This document shows positions 37,065-44,705 of a stretch of 64,000 nt of DNA, piece after piece. The notes under the pieces were generated by a model, which had not been told where the DNA came from, made no database searches, and saw only the letters and a program-made list of their open reading frames with translations. The position numbers and the translations under genes were made by a program. The DNA comes from an uncultured Candidatus Saccharibacteria bacterium (lineage in GTDB: Bacteria > Patescibacteriota > Minisyncoccia > Phycocordibacterales > PALSA-1337): NCBI GenBank assembly GCA_964532285.1, contig CAZHHB010000001.1, forward strand, positions 77,916 through 141,915, in the 5' to 3' direction. The first letter of the stretch is position 1; every line of letters starts with the position of its first letter.

Positions 37065-37403
37065 CTACTGCTCCCATTTGTCACCAAAAGGGTTGAGTTC
37101 GTCGTCATCCAAACTAACTTCTTCCGATGTGGTTTCGTCAGTTTCTTCTTCTGGGATGAGGGGGTCAACTTCGGGTTTTTCGTCAGTACCAATGACTGGC
37201 TCTGGGAGATCGAGCTCCAAAGGTTTCTTGGATTTGGTTGGTGGAATATCCATGACTTCTTCCGTCTCGGTATGAGATTCCTCCACACGTGTCTCACTTT
37301 TTGTTTTTTTGTTTTGAGCGTGTTTTGTTGGCATACACTTAGTTTTTACATTGCTAAATTTAGTGCGTGCATATGTTGTAACAAAGACGCAATCCTTTTG
37401 CAA
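37065..37403 (-). CDS. acidic hypothetical protein
   Basis: K-rich N-terminus and a D/E-rich C-terminal half. No family recognised. Confidence 0.3.
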   Translation of the reverse strand: MQKDCVFVTTYARTKFSNVKTKCMPTKHAQNKKTKSETRVEESHTETEEVMDIPPTKSKKPLELDLPEPVIGTDEKPEVDPLIPEEETDETTSEEVSLDDDELNPFGDKWEQ

Positions 37404-37500
37404 GAAAGGGGAGTTGGGGATAATGATGAAGTTTCGAAGCGGGAAACGATATTACATTCCGAACCCACGATCGGCCTTGCTCGCGCCACAGAGTAGCTCA

Positions 37501-37670
37501 CAAGGCGAATAATAGTTCCTCTCGCCAGCCTGCGGTACTCGCTCCGTGAAATTGCTAGGTAAAAGGCTCAGGAATTGTAAACAATTCCAACGACATTCGC
37601 CTTTTACCAAGCAATTTCTACTGCGCTCAGACATGTCCTCGGCTGTTTCGAGGAACTATTATTCGCCTTG
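37501..37670. repeat. structured repeat element, copy 2: 21-bp perfect outer inverted repeat around the same 111-bp core
   Basis: The outer arms caaggcgaataatagttcctc and gaggaactattattcgccttg are exact reverse complements. The core at 37530-37640 matches copy 1 with one mismatch. It lies just downstream of ruvC. Confidence 0.7.
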
Positions 37671-38192
37671 CCGTCTTAACCCACCTCTCGCTGCGTGTGT
37701 GAGTGCTACAGCAATAGCATCGTATTCATCGTCAACCCTTTTCTTTTTTGTCATTGCGACCAGCAAATCCACCATTTTTATGATACGCGACTTGTCACTG
37801 GAGCCATCGCCTGTTACCGCAACTTTTATCTCCATTGGAGTATATTCAAATATAGGAATATCTCGTTTGATAGCCTCATGCATGATGATGCCGCGGATCT
37901 CCGAGACACGCATAGCAGTCTTTTGATTTTTCGTTATGAATAAATTTTCAATTGCTAAAACATCCGGTTTATATTCATTGAAGACGCGGTCAACTTCCAT
38001 ACCGACTTTTTTAAATCTAGAGTAGATATCTTCTTTTGAAGAAGTTTGTAGACACGATGAATACAATACAGTTTCTTTGCCCTTCGTGGGTTTTTCAATC
38101 ACGGCAATACCGAGGCGATCATAGCCGGGATCTATTCCCAGGATTCGAAGTCTTGCGCCAGATTGAACTTTATTCGGCATTGGTGAAGACAT
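37659..38192 (-). CDS. ruvC: crossover junction endodeoxyribonuclease RuvC
   Basis: ILGIDPG motif followed by acidic catalytic residues. Confidence 0.8.
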   Translation of the reverse strand: MSSPMPNKVQSGARLRILGIDPGYDRLGIAVIEKPTKGKETVLYSSCLQTSSKEDIYSRFKKVGMEVDRVFNEYKPDVLAIENLFITKNQKTAMRVSEIRGIIMHEAIKRDIPIFEYTPMEIKVAVTGDGSSDKSRIIKMVDLLVAMTKKKRVDDEYDAIAVALTHAARGGLRRQGE

Positions 38193-38700
38193 CCTGAACT
38201 TCTTCGTTATTTTCCAATTCTTCTACAAGCTTGGTCAATGTTTCTATGTCGGCATCTTCTAGCGGCATAGTTGTGGTCGGTGTCCATCCGTCATTGGTCT
38301 TCTGGAAAGCCCATGAAGCACTGCCTGGGGAAGCGAGCTCGAAACCATTGAGTGACAAGATGTGTTTTATCTCCTGCGCGGCCTTGTTGCGGTTGTCTGT
38401 CAGGGCTGAGATAAGTATAGCGACGCCTCCTGGCCCGTATGATTCATAGATGATGGATTCCATAGCGGCGCTATTATCAGTCATGGCCTTTTTCACAGCA
38501 CGATCTATAGTGTCATTGGGCATATTCTCTTTGCGAGCTTTTTCTATTGCTGATGCCAAACCAGGTGAAGTCAGATTGCCGTGAGCTTTCTTGGCCTCAA
38601 CGGTTATCAACCTTACGAATTTACCGAAATGCTTGCTCTTTTGGGCATCATTCTTGGCCTTGAGGTGTTTTATCTTTGAGAATTTATTGTGTCCTGACAT
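38170..38700 (-). CDS. YebC/PmpR-family protein, shortened (176 aa versus about 245 aa)
   Basis: The N-terminus MSGHNKFSKIKHLKA..DA.K.K.F.K is the YebC signature. The middle domain appears to be missing. The gene overlaps the ruvC start by 23 nt. Confidence 0.65.
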   Translation of the reverse strand: MSGHNKFSKIKHLKAKNDAQKSKHFGKFVRLITVEAKKAHGNLTSPGLASAIEKARKENMPNDTIDRAVKKAMTDNSAAMESIIYESYGPGGVAILISALTDNRNKAAQEIKHILSLNGFELASPGSASWAFQKTNDGWTPTTTMPLEDADIETLTKLVEELENNEEVQDVFTNAE

Positions 38701-38742
38701 GGTAGTTAGTTATAAAGTTATAAGGTTATAAAGTTTGTAAAG

Positions 38743-39753
38743 TTATAATAGCTTCGCCGTGCCTTTGACTCCGATATGTGCATACGCTTTGTCTGTAGCT
38801 GTTCTGCCTCGCGGTGTGCGTTCCAACAAACCTAATTGTATCAAATAAGGTTCATAGACTTCTTCTATAGTCGCTTGTTCCTCAGATAGGGCCGCCGCTA
38901 ATGTATTCAACCCCACAGGTCCGCCGCCGAATTTATTAATAAGAACTTTCAAAATATCGCGGTCGGCCTGAGTGAGACCTATTATATCTACACCAAGCAT
39001 GGCAAGGGCTTTCTCTACAGCATCTTTCGTAAGCGAGGTCTTCTTGATCTGGGCATAGTCACGGCAACGCTTGAGGTGATAATTGGCGGTGCGTGGGGTA
39101 AATCTGGATCGTACGGCGATCTCTTTCACAGCATCGGGATGGATTTCTATGTCCAAGATCTTTGCCGAACGCTTGACGATGTCAGAGATCTCATCATCTG
39201 AGTAAAATTCAAGCTTGAATACACCTCCGGAGAAACGAGAGCGCAGTGGCGCAGAGATCATCGCTATCCTAGTCGTTGCCGCAATGAGGGTGAATTGAGG
39301 AAGATCTAATTGAATAGTTCGAGCCGATGGACCCTTGCCGATGATGATGTCCAAAGTGCCGGTTTCCATAGCAGGGTAGAGGACTTCCTCGATGGCTTTG
39401 TTCAGACGATGAATCTCATCTATGAATAGAATGTCTCCAGTAGAAAGATTTGTGAGAACAGAAGCGAGATCTCCGACTTTCAAAATAGCTGGACCGGAAG
39501 TAACTTTCATCTGCGCGCCGGTCTCTTTTGCGATCAGGTGTGCCAGTGTAGTCTTGCCGAGTCCCGGTGGACCGTAGAAAAGTATATGTTCCGGCGGATG
39601 TTTGCGCTCTTTTGCAGCAGTAAGCAGTATATGCAAGTTGTCTTTTATCCCTTTTTGGCCAATGTATTCGTCCCAACGCGAAGGACGGAGGGTTTGATCC
39701 AGGAACCCCACTTCTTTTTCATTTAATGGTGTATCTTTGATACTTCTTGACAT
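38743..39753 (-). CDS. ruvB: Holliday junction branch-migration helicase RuvB
   Basis: Walker A GPPGLGKTTLA, Walker B DEIHRL and a sensor 2 region. Confidence 0.9.
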   Translation of the reverse strand: MSRSIKDTPLNEKEVGFLDQTLRPSRWDEYIGQKGIKDNLHILLTAAKERKHPPEHILFYGPPGLGKTTLAHLIAKETGAQMKVTSGPAILKVGDLASVLTNLSTGDILFIDEIHRLNKAIEEVLYPAMETGTLDIIIGKGPSARTIQLDLPQFTLIAATTRIAMISAPLRSRFSGGVFKLEFYSDDEISDIVKRSAKILDIEIHPDAVKEIAVRSRFTPRTANYHLKRCRDYAQIKKTSLTKDAVEKALAMLGVDIIGLTQADRDILKVLINKFGGGPVGLNTLAAALSEEQATIEEVYEPYLIQLGLLERTPRGRTATDKAYAHIGVKGTAKLL

Positions 39754-39839
39754 TTAGATATGAGTATGCTAGTATTCTACACGAGTAAGATATTTAAACG
39801 CTAAGTGCTTGGTTGTCTAATATTAAGCATACAGCGCAA

Positions 39840-40127
39840 GAAGCAAAAAACAAAGCGTAGATTAGGGGGTATTTTCGAGCTCACGAACCTCTAAGCAATG
39901 GCCTTCCCAGGTTTGGGCATAGTTCTAAGGACATTCTGGTTGCAATGCTTCGGTATTGCGTACTGGAATTCTCCTCGGGACTGTGCCTCGCGCGACGCAT
40001 CACGCGTTGCGATATTGCTTAGAGATTCTCGCGCTTGAATCTCTCCGAGAACGCTTCTGTTGGCATCCTAGCGCTGTCCACAGGAAAAAGGCAAGTGACA
40101 AGTGACGCCGAACATGGTGAATAGTTT
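39840..40127. other. GC-rich non-coding segment with long-range complementarity (candidate structured RNA)
   Basis: No ORF of at least 60 aa. ctctaagcaat at 39888 pairs with attgcttagag at 40016. A hairpin gagattc..gaatctc is present. It shares gattaggggg(t)at with 5745. It occupies the position upstream of ruvB where ruvA is usually found. Confidence 0.25.
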
Positions 40128-40451
40128 TTACCTTACCTTCATCCCAGACTTTTGGAGCGCCTCAGTATATTCTCTTTGAATTCTTTCCAATTCAGAATGT
40201 CTCTTTTGATGTTCAAGTTTGAGTGTCCTGATATCGGACATCAGTTTTGGCTTCTTCCTTTCAAATTCTCTTAATTGAGCTTTCTTTTCTTCCAGAGTTC
40301 TTTCTAAGGTAATTATTTCTTGTTTTACTTTCGGCATACCAGTTTCCATCGCCTGTAACTCTTCTTCCTTGGCTTTCAATTCATGAGTCTCTTTTTCGGT
40401 CTCTCTTTGTAAAGCCTGGATCGCTTGGTTCAAATCATTTGGGTTTTGCAT
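40128..40451 (-). CDS. coiled-coil hypothetical protein
   Basis: Predicted to be all-helical and K/E-rich. It overlaps the end of pilB. Confidence 0.3.
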   Translation of the reverse strand: MQNPNDLNQAIQALQRETEKETHELKAKEEELQAMETGMPKVKQEIITLERTLEEKKAQLREFERKKPKLMSDIRTLKLEHQKRHSELERIQREYTEALQKSGMKVR

Positions 40452-40494
40452 ATTATTTTTTCGCCCTTCGAATCTTGCGAGGAGCGAAGTAGGA

Positions 40495-42168
40495 TTAATC
40501 TTGTAATGATATAACTCTCTCCAATTCTTCAAGGGATGTCATTCCTCGAAGTATTTTCAATACGCCGTCCTGTCTCATGGTGAGAATACCCTGACCTTTT
40601 GCAGCGGCCCATATCTCGCGTTCGCTCGGATTCATCTCTACAGCGCTCTCTATCTTCGCATCTGTGAGAACTGCCTCGTACACACCGATACGACCTTTGT
40701 ATCCAGTCATATTACATTTATCACAACCGACAGACACCCACATCTTTGAACGATTGTCTGGGATGAGTTTCTTGTCCTCAATTTCATTGATAACATTCTC
40801 AATCTCTTTTTGGGATTCACCTTCAATAACAACTTCTTTCTTGCAGGATTCACAAAGTTTCCTAGCCAATCTCTGCGCCATGGCGATACGGACAGCTGAA
40901 GTTATAACTTTTGAATTGACTCCGAGATCTATGAGGCGTGGGAATGTGCCGGCGGCATCATTGGTGTGCAGGGTAGAGAAGACGAGGTGTCCGGTCAAAG
41001 CAGAATTGACTGCGATATCGGCGGTCTCATGATCGCGGATTTCACCGACCATGATGATGTCAGGGTCCTGGCGAACGGCGGCACGCAGACCTTCCAGGAA
41101 ATTGTAGCCCTTATCATTGACCTGAGTTTGTACGATGCCGGGCAGATGATATTCAATAGGGTCTTCAATGGTAATTATCTTTACCTGTGGTGTGTGGATC
41201 CTTTTCAAAAATGCGTACAGAGTGGTTGTTTTGCCGGAACCAGTTGGACCAGTGGTGAGTATCATACCGTCGGGTCTTTCCATTTCCTTCAATAGAATAG
41301 AGAGAAGTTTCTCGTTGATGCCAAGGTCTTCAAGGGAAATATCTATAGACTTGGGGTTTAGTAAGCGCATCACGATGGATTCGTCATAAGCGCCAGGGAG
41401 TATGGACACGCGAACTTCTATCTCACCAATATTCAAATGGATACTGAAACGGCCGTCTTGAGAAGCCTTCTTCACATTTAACTTCATGCCCGATATGAGT
41501 TTGATGCGGGAAAGTAGAAGTTTGTATGTCTCCAGATCAAACCTGATAACATCTTGCAGTACGCCATCTAGTCTGTAACGCAGACGAACATAACCTTCTT
41601 CTGGTTCAAAATGTATATCGGAGGCCTCTACAGCCAAAGCTCCGGCTACGGCGGTCTCTAGTATGTGGGATACACGGTAACTCTTTTTCTCAGAGATGGC
41701 GGTTTCTAGGATGGAAATAATAGCAGGGAGATTCTTGGCCTGATTTATAATATTAGTTATTTCTTCGCTAGAGATCTCTAGTGCTCCAGCCTTGCTCTCG
41801 TAGGCGAAAGACAGGTCGCCGTAAGTTTTCCATGCCTTCTCTAAGCCCTGAGTTGAGGTGATAGTGAGCTCCGGTGTATATCCTTTCTTTTTCAAATCTT
41901 CCAATACAGCCAAGACCTTGGCGTCTTGGGGATTCCTAGCGGCAACCTTGATCTTCTTGTCCAGTAGGGCATAGGCGACGACCTGTGACTCACGAGAAAT
42001 ATTCTCCGGTATCAGACGCAGGGCATCTGTGTTTACGGATTGCGCCATGAGGTTTACATACTCCAGTCCATATTTGCCGGAGAGGATGCGTACGAGCTCC
42101 TCCTCTTCCTTATGTAATAGGTCGGACAGTTTTCGCTTTTGTTTATCCTCGTCAAAGATGATGGTCAT
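40495..42168 (-). CDS. pilB: type II secretion / type IV pilus assembly ATPase (GspE/PilB family)
   Basis: Walker A GPTGSGKTTT, Asp/His boxes and a tetracysteine motif (CESC...C..C). The start is trimmed to MTIIFDEDK (ATG at 42166-42168) because the upstream 119 codons have junk-like composition. Confidence 0.8.
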   Translation of the reverse strand: MTIIFDEDKQKRKLSDLLHKEEEELVRILSGKYGLEYVNLMAQSVNTDALRLIPENISRESQVVAYALLDKKIKVAARNPQDAKVLAVLEDLKKKGYTPELTITSTQGLEKAWKTYGDLSFAYESKAGALEISSEEITNIINQAKNLPAIISILETAISEKKSYRVSHILETAVAGALAVEASDIHFEPEEGYVRLRYRLDGVLQDVIRFDLETYKLLLSRIKLISGMKLNVKKASQDGRFSIHLNIGEIEVRVSILPGAYDESIVMRLLNPKSIDISLEDLGINEKLLSILLKEMERPDGMILTTGPTGSGKTTTLYAFLKRIHTPQVKIITIEDPIEYHLPGIVQTQVNDKGYNFLEGLRAAVRQDPDIIMVGEIRDHETADIAVNSALTGHLVFSTLHTNDAAGTFPRLIDLGVNSKVITSAVRIAMAQRLARKLCESCKKEVVIEGESQKEIENVINEIEDKKLIPDNRSKMWVSVGCDKCNMTGYKGRIGVYEAVLTDAKIESAVEMNPSEREIWAAAKGQGILTMRQDGVLKILRGMTSLEELERVISLQD

Positions 42169-42218
42169 TTGGGATAATTGTAATACGAATCGGCGAATTA
42201 TACGACTTTTTATATAGC

Positions 42219-42246
42219 TTGACAACCACAATAGGTATGCTATAAT
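42219..42246 (+). promoter_or_regulatory. near-consensus sigma70 promoter, copy 2 of the duplicated promoter
   Basis: TTGACA, a 16-nt spacer, then TATAAT. Flanking bases match the copy at 5660-5688. Confidence 0.55.
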
Positions 42247-42298
42247 GGTGGGGTAACAGAGAGATAACAATAAACCAATAGAAGAAAGAGAGTACATT

Positions 42299-42649
42299 GT
42301 GAAAACCAACAAAATCGTTAAGCTGCTCAGTCTGATCATCCTGACCATCATCACCCTCAACTTCACTGGCTGCGTCACGTCCGTGACGAATACGGATTCC
42401 AGCGGCAATAAACATCGCCGCCTCAGCATCATGGACCCGCTGGCCAATTGCGCCAGCGATAATGGTGGAAATGTGCGGATCCAGCAGGGTGTGTCCATCG
42501 GCGGTGTGGGGCAGATCCAGACCACGGGTCGAATGATCTTCGTCCCAGAAGGGCAGAGCCCGCCACCGGGATTTGTTCCGGTCGGGTCTCAGACTCAGAC
42601 CAAGACTTGGAGTCCGACGGAAATGTCGGACACAACTATCAGACGGTGA
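42299..42649 (+). CDS. GC-rich small lipoprotein gene (GTG start)
   Basis: An AAGAAAGAGAG Shine-Dalgarno-like sequence lies 8 nt before the GTG. The signal peptide ends in a lipobox-like LNFTGC. GC content is about 55% against a ~40% background. It is bracketed by a consensus promoter and an intrinsic terminator. Confidence 0.45.
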   Translation: MKTNKIVKLLSLIILTIITLNFTGCVTSVTNTDSSGNKHRRLSIMDPLANCASDNGGNVRIQQGVSIGGVGQIQTTGRMIFVPEGQSPPPGFVPVGSQTQTKTWSPTEMSDTTIRR

Positions 42650-42670
42650 AAATCACTCGCATTTCGCAAC

Positions 42671-42710
42671 CAGCCGCTATTCCTTCAAGGACTAGCGGCT
42701 GATTTTTTTA
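42671..42710 (+). terminator. rho-independent terminator
   Basis: Stem cagccgcta / tagcggctg followed by TTTTTTTATT. Confidence 0.7.
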
Positions 42711-42747
42711 TTCAGAAATATGCGCTATATTTAGATAGTTAGATATT

Positions 42748-43236
42748 ATGAAAATTCACACATCACATTCACTGGAAGAAACACAAAAGATCGCCGCCGA
42801 ATGGCTGGTGAGTATTATCCAAGATCCGATCTTGGACAAGAAAGAAGCAACCGTCGTTGGCCTGTCTGGTCACCTCGGAGCTGGGAAGACGGCTTTTGTA
42901 AAAGCGGTGGCGAAGGAACTCGGAATTACAGGGGAGGTTACGAGTCCGACTTTTGTGCTGATGAAGATATATAGTATCGAGGTGAGGCCTAGTAGGCCTA
43001 ACCTACAAGGCCCAACCTACAAGGTCTCGCCTTGGACAAGACTGATTCACATCGACGCATACCGCCTAGAAAAAAGGGAAGAGTTACAAGCTTTGGACTT
43101 TGAGAATATTGTTTCGGATCCTGGTAATCTGGTGATGATAGAATGGCCGGAAAATGTGGATTTGAATGAGTTTGAGAAAAATTGTCACCTGAAGTTTGAG
43201 ATAAGGGATGGGGTTTATGAGATCAAGATTGATTAG
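42748..43236 (+). CDS. tsaE: tRNA threonylcarbamoyladenosine biosynthesis protein TsaE, carrying a ~17-aa in-frame insertion
   Basis: GLSGHLGAGKT P-loop, SPTFVL, and HIDAYRL. The insertion VRPSRPNLQGPTYKVSP is encoded by a GC-rich palindromic and repeated stretch. Confidence 0.75.
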   Translation: MKIHTSHSLEETQKIAAEWLVSIIQDPILDKKEATVVGLSGHLGAGKTAFVKAVAKELGITGEVTSPTFVLMKIYSIEVRPSRPNLQGPTYKVSPWTRLIHIDAYRLEKREELQALDFENIVSDPGNLVMIEWPENVDLNEFEKNCHLKFEIRDGVYEIKID

Positions 43237-43337
43237 GGTGGTGGTTGATGGCGTAGGGAAATAATCTCACACTTTATTTTTGTAGTTTCAAAAAACACCG
43301 CAGAGCGCGGTGTTTTTCTCTTCGCTTAAAGGTTTAG

Positions 43338-44246
43338 TTAGATGCAGATTGCTGTTGCTGTGAGTGGTCCGGTTCCACTGTTGAAATAGGCACTACAGTT
43401 CCAGCCGGCATTATCACTAGTTGGAGCTGTTTTCATGATGGTGCTACCTGAGTTATATGAGGAGGAACATCCCCCGCCGATAATCTTTTTGGGAGAAGTA
43501 CACAAAACACTGGAATCTACATACACCCCTCCGCCAAGAGGAGTAGGAGCCGAGTTCGAGTTTGTCACATATTCAACTGCCGCTCGCACGTCTGAAATTG
43601 AAATTCCAGGAGTTCCTCCACTCACCGTACTCAAACATTTCGTACCGTCACTGTTCAAACAGAAGTCATCAGCCTTGGTAACACCAGCAACCTGCAATTT
43701 TACAGCTGGAGCTTCCGTGCCGACACCGACATTGCCAGTCGCTCCCTTGATGGTCATCCAGGTAGGACTGCCGTACATGGCAGTGATCTTCAGATCAGCG
43801 GCACTAGAGGTGAAAGCCGTACCACTCTGAATATAGTTGACTCCCGCTGACGTGATAAATCTCATGGCACTAGAAGCGTCGTAAACACCCAAACCATAGC
43901 CGCCGAATACATCCAGCCTGCGAGGGAATGTTGCTGCGGGCGCTGCTCCCAAACCGACATTACTGGTGGTTTGGATTGTGCCAGTTATGATGTCGTCCAT
44001 GACTCCTGTGCCAAATACACGGAAGTTTACCCCAGGAAGAATACCTGAACTGGCACCTATTCCCAATGGGCCACTCTTGTACTGTGTTGTTGCTCCGGTA
44101 TTGATAGGTGCGTCCACATTGCCGTTTGGTGGAGCACTAGCAGGTGCTGTCCATGTTCCAGTAGCGAGTACGGATAAGGCAAACGCTCCAAATCCGAGTC
44201 CTGTTAGGATACTCACACGCTTCATTGTTGGGAATAGGTTTTTCAT
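43338..44246 (-). CDS. secreted Gly/Ala/Thr-rich hypothetical protein
   Basis: Signal peptide and a low-complexity G/A/T/S-rich mature region. Confidence 0.35.
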   Translation of the reverse strand: MKNLFPTMKRVSILTGLGFGAFALSVLATGTWTAPASAPPNGNVDAPINTGATTQYKSGPLGIGASSGILPGVNFRVFGTGVMDDIITGTIQTTSNVGLGAAPAATFPRRLDVFGGYGLGVYDASSAMRFITSAGVNYIQSGTAFTSSAADLKITAMYGSPTWMTIKGATGNVGVGTEAPAVKLQVAGVTKADDFCLNSDGTKCLSTVSGGTPGISISDVRAAVEYVTNSNSAPTPLGGGVYVDSSVLCTSPKKIIGGGCSSSYNSGSTIMKTAPTSDNAGWNCSAYFNSGTGPLTATAICI

Positions 44247-44273
44247 AATGGTTTTGCTTTTAATGAAATAATA

Positions 44274-44624
44274 TTAAATTTCTGATAATTGTTTTACTAT
44301 TGCAGCTCTCTGGGTGTCGGTTAATTTGGTTCTAGTTTTCTTTAATTGTATAGAAGTGTTAGTAATCGTTTGTGTGTCTGGGCTTGAGTTTGAACTTTCT
44401 AACTGGTTGACTATTTGTTGACGCATCTGTGCCTCCGTGAGTTCGGTTGAACTTAATTGATAAGGTGTATAATCCTGAATTGCTGGTTTGGTAGACCAGA
44501 AGATCAAACCAATAACAATAGCCACGATAATAACGACCACAAGTAACATCAACAAACGACGATGTTCGTGGTGTGGGATGGGTGTCCCCGGTAGGACGTG
44601 TGATCTGAGAAAATTACTAGGCAT
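44274..44624 (-). CDS. membrane hypothetical protein
   Basis: One TM helix (LLMLLVVVIIVAIVIGLIFW). The start is trimmed so that it does not overlap the divergent polA. Confidence 0.3.
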   Translation of the reverse strand: MPSNFLRSHVLPGTPIPHHEHRRLLMLLVVVIIVAIVIGLIFWSTKPAIQDYTPYQLSSTELTEAQMRQQIVNQLESSNSSPDTQTITNTSIQLKKTRTKLTDTQRAAIVKQLSEI

Positions 44625-44705
44625 TTCACTCACCATTGTAACATTCTGTGAACACGACCGAATAGGGGAAAATATGTGTATAACCATACATGATACAATA
44701 CCGTT

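Noticed and set aside
37546-37926. A 126-aa ORF that begins inside the structured repeat copy 2.
   Set aside because: It is a translation of the repeat core. The same DNA at 16964-17074 is non-coding. It also runs antisense to ruvC.
40495-42525. The full 676-aa version of the PilB/GspE ORF, and similar long N-terminal extensions on comM (to 12864), rsmA (from 16045), xerC (to 5578) and trmH (from 63073).
   Set aside because: The extra N-terminal residues have junk-like composition or encode conserved non-coding motifs. Internal ATGs that match family N-termini were preferred.
42429-42635. A 68-aa minus-strand ORF antisense to the lipoprotein mini-gene.
   Set aside because: The promoter, Shine-Dalgarno-like sequence, signal peptide and terminator all support the plus strand.
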